Below are positions 8,553 through 17,950 of a stretch of 64,000 bases of DNA, one piece after another. The notes beneath the pieces are model-generated. The model was not told the DNA's origin. It ran no database searches and was given only the letters and a program-made list of their open reading frames with translations. Both the position numbers and the translations under genes were made by a program. The stretch's first letter is position 1, and each line of letters opens with the position of its first letter. The DNA is taken from IMG/VR virus record IMGVR_UViG_3300017991_000002, positions 62,001 through 126,000 of that record, one strand, 5' to 3'.

Positions 8553-8851
8553 GTGGCTGGGTAGAAGACCTCATCATGGGCCCCAGCCAATGTTACTTCT
8601 TCGTTGTTTTTAAGGACACGCGGTATTGCCTGTACCTTAGATGGCGGGACAGGAACCCGTGGAAGGGGTATATTATCAAGGATGTTCAATGGGTAGGGAC
8701 GATAACAGGAGGTAAGATGTCTGATGATCTCCTAAAGCAAAGAGGACTCTACTTTAGACAGGAAGAACACAAAAAGGCGCAATCGGCCATGATGCTTGCC
8801 TGGAATGATTATGTGAAAGGAAAGGTAAATATTTCCTTTGGGAGGAACTGA
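8549..8851 (+). CDS. Hypothetical protein
   Basis: Coupled ORF; YLRWR..PW motif. Confidence 0.75.
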   Translation: MSGWVEDLIMGPSQCYFFVVFKDTRYCLYLRWRDRNPWKGYIIKDVQWVGTITGGKMSDDLLKQRGLYFRQEEHKKAQSAMMLAWNDYVKGKVNISFGRN

Positions 8852-9138
8852 TGTCAAAACGATATATAGAGGATACAAAAATGAATAACGAATTTGATGA
8901 CCCAAGAATTGTTTCATTGGTACGAGGGATAGAAAGAGTAAAATACGAGGCCGAAAGTGCCCAGTGTCTAGAGGTTGTTGTTGTCCTTAATACTCTCCTG
9001 GGCGCCCTCCTCTGCGGCAGGTTGGTGGACCTGACAAAACTCTGTCAGGAGTTTGCTGGGGAGATAAGAGAAGAGCTTGCCAGCAAAAGACCAAAAAGAA
9101 AGATTCGAGTCAATGAAGATACCACATCGACCAGATAA
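8851..9138 (+). CDS. Hypothetical protein with RKIRV tag
   Basis: TGATG overlap; ends KRKIRVNEDTTSTR*. Confidence 0.7.
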   Translation: MSKRYIEDTKMNNEFDDPRIVSLVRGIERVKYEAESAQCLEVVVVLNTLLGALLCGRLVDLTKLCQEFAGEIREELASKRPKRKIRVNEDTTSTR

Positions 9139-9367
9139 TATTGGTCCTTTCAAGGTAAGAAAGAGTAAGAAATATACAAGAAAGTGGAGAATCTGTTATG
9201 GTTCACTTACTGTATTGGACAGGATAAATTTTAAGCGGGATGCTGCCCGAGAAGCTTACAACATAAACAAGCCGTGGAGGGACGCCATAACTAGGCTGAA
9301 TATAACAGATGGAGTTATTCCAACCTTCAGGAGACTTAAAGTGAGGGCGGAAGAAGGAGAAGAATAA
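9113..9367 (+). CDS. Hypothetical protein with RRLKV tag
   Basis: Ends FRRLKVRAEEGEE*; start uncertain. Confidence 0.7.
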   Translation: MKIPHRPDNIGPFKVRKSKKYTRKWRICYGSLTVLDRINFKRDAAREAYNINKPWRDAITRLNITDGVIPTFRRLKVRAEEGEE

Positions 9368-9673
9368 ATGATATCACCGCACATGTTAGGGAGATATGAG
9401 TTCCACAGTCAGTCAACTGATAGCCATAAATTTTATCATGTATACTTTGACCACATGACAGGAACATATACATGCGAACATGGTCGATGTGGAAGAACTT
9501 CTATGAAGATCATGAGAGGTATTCCCGAGGAGAAGGCCCTCAAAAAGATAGTGGAGAAGATTAATAAAGGATATGAGAAAGTGACCGATCGCGGTTATAC
9601 CATAGAAGTCAATCGGGGTTCATCCCCTCCAACCCATAAAGTGAGAAAGCTTACTGTTCAGGAAAAGGGATAA
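9368..9673 (+). CDS. WGR-like domain protein with RKLTV tag
   Basis: SHKFY...HGRCG...EKINKGY pattern typical of WGR domains. Confidence 0.7.
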   Translation: MISPHMLGRYEFHSQSTDSHKFYHVYFDHMTGTYTCEHGRCGRTSMKIMRGIPEEKALKKIVEKINKGYEKVTDRGYTIEVNRGSSPPTHKVRKLTVQEKG

Positions 9674-9939
9674 TGCTATTTACTAACCGGATGGTCAGAG
9701 ACATGCTAAGGGACATAAACTGTATACCTGATCAGGGGCTTGTCGACATGGTAAGAGATGATCTGAACAGAGATCAGATATATAACGAAATCGCCAGAGC
9801 TCATACTAACTACGGCCGTATGCTTTATATCGATTTTTTAAGGGTTCTTGAGGAGAAAGTAGATATAGCTCTGAGAGCTTTAACTATTGAAAAGGCACGT
9901 TTGGGGGAGCCTATAAGGAGGTTGCGTATACATGAATAA
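9673..9939 (+). CDS. Hypothetical protein with RRLRI tag
   Basis: TAATG overlap; ends PIRRLRIHE*. Confidence 0.75.
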   Translation: MLFTNRMVRDMLRDINCIPDQGLVDMVRDDLNRDQIYNEIARAHTNYGRMLYIDFLRVLEEKVDIALRALTIEKARLGEPIRRLRIHE

Positions 9940-10132
9940 TAAAGGAATTATTGAGCTGCAACATAGTATCGAGTCAATCCTGTCTGACCCACAGATAATT
10001 CCTGTTTTTGATTTTCCTATAGAGGAGACTTACTCTTCCCTAATAGAGAGGCATCGGATACCGGAGGACATGTTAGTCAAACCAAAAAGGATATACTCTG
10101 TCAGAAAATTGAGGTTACCGTGCGTATCCTAA
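9932..10132 (+). CDS. Hypothetical protein with RKLRL tag
   Basis: Ends SVRKLRLPCVS*. Confidence 0.7.
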   Translation: MNNKGIIELQHSIESILSDPQIIPVFDFPIEETYSSLIERHRIPEDMLVKPKRIYSVRKLRLPCVS

Positions 10133-10536
10133 AGGTTGGGAAGAAGCCAAGAGCCAAGCGTCTGGAGATGCCTCGGCTTATTGATTGGGACAACCCAGAA
10201 ACTCAGAGAATAATTAGGGCGGCCAGGTGTTATGTTCGTAGAGATAGAGGTTTGGAGTACCCCAGCGGAACCAGATTATGGAGGGGAAGACAGGGAGGTA
10301 TATGGTTACCTTCTAATGGGGAGTGGCAGGAATGTTGCAATCATATAAAGCCTCCGATACCTAACTACCCATTTACACACTACAGACATTGTAAAACTAT
10401 AAAGCATATAATTCATCTTTATAAGGTTGATTATAAGGCTACAAAGGAGTTTATAAACCTGATAGTAAAGGGGGTGATACCTATGGAGGACAGTAAGATA
10501 GGGAAGCATAAACGGGTCTTAAGGATACGAACTTAA
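10120..10536 (+). CDS. Basic Cys/His protein with RVLRI tag
   Basis: W.P...E.QECC..I.PP....PF....HC.T.KH motif; ends KRVLRIRT*. Confidence 0.75.
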   Translation: MRILKVGKKPRAKRLEMPRLIDWDNPETQRIIRAARCYVRRDRGLEYPSGTRLWRGRQGGIWLPSNGEWQECCNHIKPPIPNYPFTHYRHCKTIKHIIHLYKVDYKATKEFINLIVKGVIPMEDSKIGKHKRVLRIRT

Positions 10537-10548
10537 AAAGGAGTAAGT

Positions 10549-10725
10549 ATGGTGACAGAATCTATGGAATATGAGTGCCTGGAGGATGCTCTACGATATG
10601 CTTTCGACGACTGCTTGGAGTTAAGGGAGAAGATAAAAGGAAAGAAGAAAAAGCGGGTCGGTAAGCTCGATAATAAGTTAAAGCGGTCTAGAAAGGGCCG
10701 AGAGAGGAGAGTAAGGAACAAATAG
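10549..10725 (+). CDS. 58-aa protein with acidic N-half and very basic C-half
   Basis: AAGGAG RBS; ...KIKGKKKKRVGKLDNKLKRSRKGRERRVRNK*. Confidence 0.6.
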   Translation: MVTESMEYECLEDALRYAFDDCLELREKIKGKKKKRVGKLDNKLKRSRKGRERRVRNK

Positions 10726-10786
10726 ATCGGATAAATCCGCTCCACATATTGATAAGTGGAGACATTATGTCTGGGAAAGGAGGCCT

Positions 10787-11053
10787 ATGCTTAGGTTTTT
10801 TACTCTGCTTATGCATAAACACAGATGGCGTCGGATCGCTTTCTTTTTTGCGCCGCCTTCTGGGGAGCTGTTTCGACGATCCCTGGACGGTCCTACCAGG
10901 GAGAGGGCGACATACGGTATAACGACCATTGTCTGGGAATGTGATATTTGCGGAAAGTCTAAAAAGATGGAAGTTCTCGGCGAGGTTGTTGATCGGCCCC
11001 CTGTCGAGCAAAGGACGGAAAAGTACTCTAGGAGGCTTAGCATCCAAAGGTAG
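10787..11053 (+). CDS. Zn-ribbon-like protein with RRLSI tag
   Basis: AGGAGG RBS; HKHRW...CDICG; ends SRRLSIQR*. Confidence 0.75.
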   Translation: MLRFFTLLMHKHRWRRIAFFFAPPSGELFRRSLDGPTRERATYGITTIVWECDICGKSKKMEVLGEVVDRPPVEQRTEKYSRRLSIQR

Positions 11054-11064
11054 AAAGGAGATAC

Positions 11065-11274
11065 GTGTTTATCCTAACATTTGAACCAGGGGCTGTGGCT
11101 ATAAAGCCATGGAAACCGGGACAGCCACTAAAAGGAGATAGATTAGTGGCTACTATACCAGAATTAGGTGAATTGCTATGGGATCTTGAGATTGCTGAGG
11201 ACATGATCAATGATGCCGTAGAAAGATTGGAGAGCAGTGAGCAGTCTATCACTCTTCCAGTCAAGACACATTAA
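11065..11274 (+). CDS. Hypothetical protein
   Basis: AAGGAG RBS, GTG start. Confidence 0.7.
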   Translation: MFILTFEPGAVAIKPWKPGQPLKGDRLVATIPELGELLWDLEIAEDMINDAVERLESSEQSITLPVKTH

Positions 11275-11319
11275 AGAAGTTTTACCCAACCACAAACCCG
11301 TATTACAGGAGGTGTAACT

Positions 11320-12063
11320 ATGGGTATCTTTCAATTGAACCATCGTCAAGAGTTGAACACTTTACAAGTACCATCCGCAACCGCAACGTATCAGCCAATC
11401 CCCCATCGGGATGCTTTGGAGATTGTGGAGGACCAGTTCAAGAGAAGCGGTTTTTCCATTCAAAAGGAGTCAATTAGTATTGGGCAGGAGGGTCTCGTCA
11501 TGGCAGCCAAGTGGCAGTTGGAGCCTGAAGGGTTTGAAGCGATGCCGTCGCATTCGCCTATTGCTGTTGTCCTGAACGGTAATACGCGGAAGCACACCCT
11601 CAGAGTTGGTTTTGGGCTGAATTGCATGGTTTGTACCAACGGCATGTTCATTTCTGAGAAGTCAATCAAGAGAAAACACACCAAGAATATCTATCTTGAC
11701 ATCCCGGACATGGTCTATGATATGATCCAAAGCTCGGAGAATTGGTACTCGAAGTTTATGGGATTTCTGGAGGAGTTGAAGGATTTTGAACCAAGACGAG
11801 AGTACGTCAATGATATGTTGGTTCGATCAATGGAGGCAGGAGTCATCGCTTCCTCTCACATCAGAAAAGTCCTGAACATCTTCAGCGATCCAACTTATGA
11901 AGAGTATGGTAATGACACGTTGTATACTCTCCACAACGCTTATACCGAGGTTCTTCGTGACACCTCGACGGATATGGAAATTCCGCGGAAAACGATCAAA
12001 CTGAACGAAATGATCGATGGGATCAGGAACAATTTTCGATCTCGTAAACTCAGAATTCAGTAG
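11320..12063 (+). CDS. DUF932-like protein with RKLRI tag
   Basis: TYQPIPH, VCTNG, KRKHT, LHNAYTE motifs; ends RSRKLRIQ*. Confidence 0.75.
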   Translation: MGIFQLNHRQELNTLQVPSATATYQPIPHRDALEIVEDQFKRSGFSIQKESISIGQEGLVMAAKWQLEPEGFEAMPSHSPIAVVLNGNTRKHTLRVGFGLNCMVCTNGMFISEKSIKRKHTKNIYLDIPDMVYDMIQSSENWYSKFMGFLEELKDFEPRREYVNDMLVRSMEAGVIASSHIRKVLNIFSDPTYEEYGNDTLYTLHNAYTEVLRDTSTDMEIPRKTIKLNEMIDGIRNNFRSRKLRIQ

Positions 12064-12073
12064 GAGGTGCAGT

Positions 12074-12550
12074 ATGACAAGAAAAGTCAGAGTCAACAAC
12101 AACCACAATATTGTTCACCAGATTACCTTACAGAATGTAGAGAATCTACGGAAGATGGAGGAAAAAATCAAGAGTGAGTTGAAAGAGGTGGTCGAGAAAA
12201 GAAAGGAAGCTGAGGACGAGGTTCTTGATAAGATCAAGAGACGGTTCTCGGTCGAACCGGGTGAACTGTCCGCCAAGATCGAAGAGAAAACGAAACGAAA
12301 CTCGGTCAGCTGGAAGACAGAATTCGTCTCCTTTGTTGGGAAACAGATCCACAGTAGACTGAGACGGAGCACCGATATACTCGAAAAGCTGATAGAAATC
12401 TGCGGTTCCCAGAAGAAAGCGAAATCCATCCTCAAGAAATTTTCCAATAACGAGGATGCTGCTTTTATTCATGCCGCGGGAGAGGCGGAAGCAAAGAAAA
12501 TCTCCGACAGCCAGCCTGAGGAGATCCAGGAAATATTAGTTATCGAATAG
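12074..12550 (+). CDS. Coiled-coil hypothetical protein with N-terminal RKVRV
   Basis: AGGAGGT RBS; starts MTRKVRV. Confidence 0.8.
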   Translation: MTRKVRVNNNHNIVHQITLQNVENLRKMEEKIKSELKEVVEKRKEAEDEVLDKIKRRFSVEPGELSAKIEEKTKRNSVSWKTEFVSFVGKQIHSRLRRSTDILEKLIEICGSQKKAKSILKKFSNNEDAAFIHAAGEAEAKKISDSQPEEIQEILVIE

Positions 12551-12559
12551 TTTACCAGC

Positions 12560-12586
12560 AGGGGCCCTTTTTGGGCCCCTCCTTTT
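12560..12586 (+). terminator. Intrinsic terminator
   Basis: AGGGGCCC-TTTTT-GGGCCCCT-CCTTTT. Confidence 0.7.
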
Positions 12587-12596
12587 GGAGATTATT

Positions 12597-13019
12597 ATGG
12601 GCACCTTTAAGATTGGTAAAGCTTCCATAGCTTCCCTTGCATTCCGGCAGTTGGAGCTCATGGACAACGATTTTCAATATGCCAAGTATTGTCTGTCCTC
12701 TACCCTGCCTCCTCTGTTAGAATTCTTTACTGATCTCCCAAGTGAGGAGATCGCTGAAGTCAATACGAAATTAATAAAACGAACAGACGGGGGTTGGAAT
12801 ATTATAGTCAGGGCGTTGACGGAAGTGAACAGGGATTGTACTAATAGTGCGTTGAAAACTCTTCCAGACCATGCAATAGTTCAGTTCAGAGACGGGGGTT
12901 TCGAAATAACATTCAAGTTCCCGGGACCGAAAATGTTCAGATCCAGGGTATGGGAAGGTTTAGTAGCGCCAGATACCAGAAAGCCTGTTAGGAAGTTAAA
13001 CATCAATAAGGAGGAGTAG
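12597..13019 (+). CDS. Hypothetical protein with RKLNI tag
   Basis: GGAG RBS; ends PVRKLNINKEE*. Confidence 0.75.
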   Translation: MGTFKIGKASIASLAFRQLELMDNDFQYAKYCLSSTLPPLLEFFTDLPSEEIAEVNTKLIKRTDGGWNIIVRALTEVNRDCTNSALKTLPDHAIVQFRDGGFEITFKFPGPKMFRSRVWEGLVAPDTRKPVRKLNINKEE

Positions 13020-13021
13020 CT

Positions 13022-13927
13022 ATGTCACATTTCACAGTTCTCGTTATCGGCGGCGACCCAGACGGGCTCTTAGAGCCTTATTGGGAGCTTGATTTGAGTG
13101 CCGAGGAGATGATTAATGATCCGAGGGCAGAGTTCAAAATTGAGGTTATTAACACCCCCTCCACAGGTGTTATACCTCCCCCCGGTTCTCGATTTAATTA
13201 TCCTCATGATGTAGAGACAGTGGATGAGTTGTTTGCCAAATTCAAATCCGAGCATCCGGACAGGGCTGATCAATACGGAGACATTCGTCAGTGGCTGGAC
13301 GTTTGGCACGGCTTTACCTACAGCGAGGAGCACAATGCATGGGGGTATTGGAGCAATCCCTATGCTAAATGGGACTGGTACCAAATCGGCGGCAGATGGG
13401 CAGGACTCCTTGTCCTGAAACCAGGAAAGAAGGGTCATAGGGGAGAGGAAAGTTGGACCTGGGACGGAGAGGGTCCTTACAAACCAGACGATAATAGGGC
13501 CAGAGTAGATCAGGCATTGTTTGATGACATTGACTGGGACTTTATGGACACCCCTACGGAGAAGGAACTCAAAAACATGGAATCGATATGGTACCATAAT
13601 GTCGAAAATCCGCTGACCAATGAACAGCTGCAGAGTGTGTCGGAGGAGGAAAGACGTGAGATACTGCAGTTTAGGTCTTTTTACAACCGTCAATACTTTG
13701 TTGATCGGTACGGCACCCTCGAGAAGTATATTGAGGCCGAAGGTAAGTTTTCGACCTACGCTGTTCTGGATGCCGCGGGGTGGCATAGTCCCGGTGATAT
13801 GGGGTGGTTTGGTATGTCTACAGAGTCTCATGAGGATTCAGTACTATGGTCTTTAAAATTTAGAGAGAACTTTTTAACAAACGTGGATCCGACAGAATTG
13901 ATCACTGTCGTTGATTGCCACATTTAA
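13022..13927 (+). CDS. Conserved phage protein (NP.AKWDWY.IGGRW family)
   Basis: MSHFTVLV start, G.MGWFG, terminal VDCHI. Confidence 0.85.
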   Translation: MSHFTVLVIGGDPDGLLEPYWELDLSAEEMINDPRAEFKIEVINTPSTGVIPPPGSRFNYPHDVETVDELFAKFKSEHPDRADQYGDIRQWLDVWHGFTYSEEHNAWGYWSNPYAKWDWYQIGGRWAGLLVLKPGKKGHRGEESWTWDGEGPYKPDDNRARVDQALFDDIDWDFMDTPTEKELKNMESIWYHNVENPLTNEQLQSVSEEERREILQFRSFYNRQYFVDRYGTLEKYIEAEGKFSTYAVLDAAGWHSPGDMGWFGMSTESHEDSVLWSLKFRENFLTNVDPTELITVVDCHI

Positions 13928-13941
13928 CAAAGGAGGTTTTT

Positions 13942-14628
13942 ATGGGAACAAGAGGAGCTTATGGATTCAGAATCAATGGTAAGGACAAAATCACTTACAA
14001 CCATTATGATTCCTATCCCAGTTATCTCGGTTCGAGTATTTTGGGGTTTATTGAAGAGACTCCTATCGAGGATATGAAGAGTATAGCAGAGAAGATAACC
14101 CTTATCATAAATCAAGATGCTGCCCCATCCGAGCAAGATATTTCCAGATACAAGGACTTCATGGATCTTGAAGTCAGTAAACAAAGTGAGAAAGATTGGT
14201 ATTGTCTTCTTCGTAAGGCACAGGGTAATCTCAACATCTACAAGAACCCTTCGTTCCTTCATATGATTGACAACCATGATTTCCTTCTGGACAGTCTGTT
14301 TTGTGAGTGGGCATATATTATTAATCTTGACGAGAAGGCCCTCGAGATTTATACCGGGTTCAATAAGAACAGACACGCGAAAGGCAGGTATGCAAGTGGT
14401 AAAGATCCCCAAAGCGATAAAGATTACTACGGTGTGGCCCTTGTTGTCAGCATACCGTTAAGTGCCCTGAAGGAGGATAAAGAGGGAGCGGTAAAGATAG
14501 TCAGGTGCTCAGATTTCTCTCAGATACCTTATGGTAAGGAGACTAAGAAAGAGATCATTGAAATGCTGGGAGCGTCGGACAGCCCTGAAAAATCGAAAAG
14601 GGTTCTTAAAGTCCAGGAGTCTGTGTAA
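13942..14628 (+). CDS. Conserved phage protein (MGTR...HYDSYP family) with RVLKV tag
   Basis: DSLFCEWAYIINLD motif; ends KRVLKVQESV*. Confidence 0.85.
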   Translation: MGTRGAYGFRINGKDKITYNHYDSYPSYLGSSILGFIEETPIEDMKSIAEKITLIINQDAAPSEQDISRYKDFMDLEVSKQSEKDWYCLLRKAQGNLNIYKNPSFLHMIDNHDFLLDSLFCEWAYIINLDEKALEIYTGFNKNRHAKGRYASGKDPQSDKDYYGVALVVSIPLSALKEDKEGAVKIVRCSDFSQIPYGKETKKEIIEMLGASDSPEKSKRVLKVQESV

Positions 14629-14975
14629 TGGGATTGGATAACTTTTGGGAGCTTCCTGACGGAAGTGAACCGCCTGACCTTAACCCACCACTAAATTTAT
14701 GTGGGGGCATGTTCTCCGGACATGGAGGAGGCTCGTTTCGTGGTAAGGTTTATAACGGCCTCATTGAGGAGATAACAGGGGTGTCACTTTACCAGGATAA
14801 GATTGACAATGATACCATAATCGAGATGGCCCTTGCACTCTCTGAGGTAGATCCTGGTTCCGAGGTCATTAGGAGGCACTCAGGATGGGATACTGCAGAG
14901 GATGAATTTAAAGACCTTGTGAGGATGTTTATGACCTATGCTGAAATGGGGGCTGTTTTGAGAGGATGGTGGTAG
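14628..14975 (+). CDS. Conserved phage protein (MGLD...SFRGKVY...GWW)
   Basis: TAATG overlap; motif pattern. Confidence 0.8.
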   Translation: MGLDNFWELPDGSEPPDLNPPLNLCGGMFSGHGGGSFRGKVYNGLIEEITGVSLYQDKIDNDTIIEMALALSEVDPGSEVIRRHSGWDTAEDEFKDLVRMFMTYAEMGAVLRGWW

Positions 14976-14976
14976 T

Positions 14977-15144
14977 TTGGAAAGGGTCGTCATTATTGTT
15001 AACGGGGGACTTGTAGAGTCCGTATTTTCAACAGCGAAAGAGATGGACGTTTATGTCGTCGATGTTGATCACATGATCGGGGATGAAAAGCCTGATGAGG
15101 TTATTGACCAAGAATACTACAGCTCGGGAGCGAAGAATGACTGA
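14977..15144 (+). CDS. 55-aa small acidic protein
   Basis: TTG start; RVVIIVNGGLVESVF...VVD; fills the gap between neighbours. Confidence 0.6.
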   Translation: MERVVIIVNGGLVESVFSTAKEMDVYVVDVDHMIGDEKPDEVIDQEYYSSGAKND

Positions 15145-15388
15145 ACCATTCTGCACCAAGTGCAGTAAAACCATGGATTGTTATAAGGTAGGCGCAGCAG
15201 TAGTTACAATGGCCAGAAACGAAGAAGGGGAAAAATTCCCTCTAACATTGCGGTGGGGGGACATTTATAAATGCCCCTCCTGCGGAAACGAAGTAATTAC
15301 AAACTTTGGAAGTTCAAATTCGAATGCGGCAGAGGTTGAAGCAAACGTTAAAAACTTATCTTCTTTTTTTGAGGAGGATGTCTCTTAA
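15137..15388 (+). CDS. Zn-ribbon protein
   Basis: CTKC...CPSC. Confidence 0.75.
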   Translation: MTEPFCTKCSKTMDCYKVGAAVVTMARNEEGEKFPLTLRWGDIYKCPSCGNEVITNFGSSNSNAAEVEANVKNLSSFFEEDVS

Positions 15389-15699
15389 TGACAGACATAC
15401 TTAAATGTCCTTTTTGCGGAAGCAGTCATCTTTACAGGATAGAGGCAGTGTGGGCCCTTGCACGAATAGAGCCAGTTGTTAACTCTGTATTCGAGCTAGA
15501 TTGGACGTACACAGGGGAAACTGATGTAATATGGGATTCTCAAGGGAGGAAACTTGTACCTGACGGCGTACCGGAATTCCAATGTGCTGAGTGTGCACTA
15601 GAATTTGACAGTAACCTTAAACCATCTCATTCTTCCGATAAATTAAAGAGGAATGAGAGAGTCAAGACAGGAAGAGTTCTAAGACTTAAAAAGGAGTAA
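15388..15699 (+). CDS. Zn-ribbon protein with RVLRL tag
   Basis: CPFC...CAEC; ends GRVLRLKKE*. Confidence 0.8.
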   Translation: MTDILKCPFCGSSHLYRIEAVWALARIEPVVNSVFELDWTYTGETDVIWDSQGRKLVPDGVPEFQCAECALEFDSNLKPSHSSDKLKRNERVKTGRVLRLKKE

Positions 15700-15702
15700 A
15701 CA

Positions 15703-16065
15703 ATGGACGATAAACTCGCCAAAGAAATATTCGACATTAAACCAGAATGGTTTAGGGATCGATGCTCTATCTCTGTCGGGGATGGATGGTTCAATATCCT
15801 GAGGATATTGGTTGGACATTTAAAAGATGTAGTCAAGGATCAGAAATTTTCTATAACCACTATCAAGGAGAAGTTCGGCGGTCTGCGGTTTTATGTATCG
15901 GCCGTTGAGGGGGAAAGGGAATTTGACAAGGTAAATTGCCTTATAATGTTTGCCGAGAGTATGAGCTTTGTTACTTGCGAATACTGTGGACGCCCTGGAA
16001 AACCAAGGAGTGGGTCATGGGTCAAAACACTGTGCGACGACTGCCTGGAGAAGAAGAGGCCATAA
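15703..16065 (+). CDS. Conserved phage Zn-binding protein (KEKFGGLRFY family)
   Basis: GDGW, KEKFGGLRFY, TCEYCG.PG, W..TLCDDC. Confidence 0.85.
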   Translation: MDDKLAKEIFDIKPEWFRDRCSISVGDGWFNILRILVGHLKDVVKDQKFSITTIKEKFGGLRFYVSAVEGEREFDKVNCLIMFAESMSFVTCEYCGRPGKPRSGSWVKTLCDDCLEKKRP

Positions 16066-16688
16066 ACGATTCAATAAGTAATGTAAAGGGACACCTTGAA
16101 CCTCTTGCTCTTTTTAGCCTTAAGGAATTGGGCAGAGATTTGGTTTCCTATTTCAACCGTATAAGTGTTACCGGAACCTCACTGGAAGTGGTTGGGATAC
16201 GGCTATTCAGAACACATGGCTATGTAGCTCTTAAATGTACCCTGGAGAACGGGTACAAGGAGACTCGCCTACTCCAGATAACCATAAAAAAGAGGGTAGC
16301 GTCTTATGTGTGTCATGTATTTGAAGAGGGATACTTTAATCATTTTGATTGCCCAGATAGTATATTAAGCCTGCTGTCCCCGCCTGATACGGAAGTGATC
16401 GGGGAGTGGAGGGAGAACTGCAGAGAGAGGAACATGAGGTATGATGAAGCAAGGAGAGCGTGGAGAAGGTTAAAACCTGGTGACATTATCGAGGTTCATG
16501 GTTATAGATACATGCTGATAAGCAAAAGGGGCCAGATATGGTCGCAGGAAGTAGACTGGGACGCCCCATTTCGCTGTGCATTCATCAGGCCCCACTGTAA
16601 ACTCCACAAGACCGAAGTTGTCGGTAAAAGATCCATTTGTCCCCTTGTGAAGCAGCAATTTGGCCTAAGGACAATACCTAGGAGATGA
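16062..16688 (+). CDS. Hypothetical protein (start uncertain, possibly ATA)
   Basis: DCP.SIL.LLSP......EWRE.CR motif. Confidence 0.65.
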   Translation: MNDSISNVKGHLEPLALFSLKELGRDLVSYFNRISVTGTSLEVVGIRLFRTHGYVALKCTLENGYKETRLLQITIKKRVASYVCHVFEEGYFNHFDCPDSILSLLSPPDTEVIGEWRENCRERNMRYDEARRAWRRLKPGDIIEVHGYRYMLISKRGQIWSQEVDWDAPFRCAFIRPHCKLHKTEVVGKRSICPLVKQQFGLRTIPRR

Positions 16689-17053
16689 GCATGAAAATAG
16701 GAAGGAGTTTAAGCGCCTGTGTTGCAGACATTGCTGAGGGAAAAGTTGATATAAACGACGTTGAATATATTGAAGCAGGAACGAAGGCTAAGTCCGATGA
16801 AGATTGGGAGTATGTATTCAAGTTTTATGCGAGAACGATGTGGAGAAAAGATCCGGACAAGTGCCGCGAGATTGCACAAAGTCTCATAAAAGAGCATAAG
16901 GTAATTCAAACAAGACTCATGAGACTGCCTGCCAAACCATTCCCCACATGGAGACCCGCCACCAGGACAGTGTTTATTTCAAAGAGGGAAATGTCGAGTA
17001 GTCCAATTACTCGGACCAAGAGAATAATTAAACTAGGAAAGGAGACTCCATGA
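16685..17053 (+). CDS. Conserved phage protein with RIIKL tag
   Basis: IG.SLS.CV.DI..GKV; ends KRIIKLGKETP*. Confidence 0.8.
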   Translation: MSMKIGRSLSACVADIAEGKVDINDVEYIEAGTKAKSDEDWEYVFKFYARTMWRKDPDKCREIAQSLIKEHKVIQTRLMRLPAKPFPTWRPATRTVFISKREMSSSPITRTKRIIKLGKETP

Positions 17054-17514
17054 GTAACAAAAAACTCTATGTGATTATGATCTGGGGGGATGTTGAGCCC
17101 AAGGTATTTGGACCTTATAATACTGCCCACGAGCGTGACCGGAAGGCACTTGCTCTAAAGGAAGAGCACGGTGACAATAACGGCATTTTTAGGGCGGAGG
17201 TTGGGGACTATCTATTGTCCGTTCGGGCTTATCCCCATCATTTTTTTAACCCCGAAGATACTCAGTGTAGGATATGCGGCAATATGCATACCCCGAAGGG
17301 AGAAGAGCTATGTCGACGGTGCAATATTCTGAGCCAGAGTATAGAACACAATCCAGAGGTAGCAATTAAAATATTGGAGAGTATCCCAGAATCTGGAATA
17401 GCCGATATGAAGGAAGCGTGTCAGGCCGTTATCGATCGGTGGGAGGAAGGTGACCTTGCCGAGGCTGCCAGACAATGCCAAGATGCTCTCAATAGATTGA
17501 ACCTGAAGGAGTAA
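17050..17514 (+). CDS. Hypothetical protein with CxxC pairs
   Basis: GDVEP.V.GPY; CRIC/CRRC. Confidence 0.75.
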   Translation: MSNKKLYVIMIWGDVEPKVFGPYNTAHERDRKALALKEEHGDNNGIFRAEVGDYLLSVRAYPHHFFNPEDTQCRICGNMHTPKGEELCRRCNILSQSIEHNPEVAIKILESIPESGIADMKEACQAVIDRWEEGDLAEAARQCQDALNRLNLKE

Positions 17515-17516
17515 AA

Positions 17517-17858
17517 ATGCCTTCTTTACTTATGGACATTGTATGGGAATGCTGGAATGAGGAGAGCAGCTGTAAATCTTGCCCCTGCAAGGATCACTGT
17601 AAAGATGGGAGGGTTTTTTATGAGGAATGCGACATAGAGTTTTACTACGAGGAAGAGAACAAGGGTAGTTGGCACGAGGAATCTCATGGCTCACATGTTG
17701 ACATTTCGTCTGTCTACTACAGGGGAGAAGATATTTTCACCACACTCCCGTCTTCACTCCTCGATGACCTAACCGAGGAAGTTTTAACTGCGTATGAAAA
17801 TCAATGCGCCGATAATTATATGCAGGAGCGGTATGAAGCCTACCTCGAAAGAGATTAG
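17517..17858 (+). CDS. Acidic Cys-rich hypothetical protein
   Basis: AAGGAG RBS. Confidence 0.75.
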   Translation: MPSLLMDIVWECWNEESSCKSCPCKDHCKDGRVFYEECDIEFYYEEENKGSWHEESHGSHVDISSVYYRGEDIFTTLPSSLLDDLTEEVLTAYENQCADNYMQERYEAYLERD

Positions 17859-17950
17859 GAAATATGTGAGTTATTATGCATACCGCAATATGAGTATTTT
17901 GTTCACACAACAACGTCGGGGGACTATACCCGACAAAAAGGAGGAGTAAC

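Noticed and set aside
6802-13019. The tag as a by-product of overlapping AGGAGG RBSs of downstream genes
   Set aside because: An RBS overlaps some copies, but many use non-RBS codons (CGT AAA CTC, CGG GTC TTA), the distance to the next start varies, and the copies ending at 841 and 5220 have no adjacent downstream gene.
13070-13831. 253-aa minus-strand ORF and the other minus-strand ORFs before 63.4 kb
   Set aside because: Antisense shadows of well-supported, translationally coupled plus-strand genes.
16098-16106. Third CGTATAAGT match
   Set aside because: Lies inside a CDS and is only a partial match to the 11-mer.
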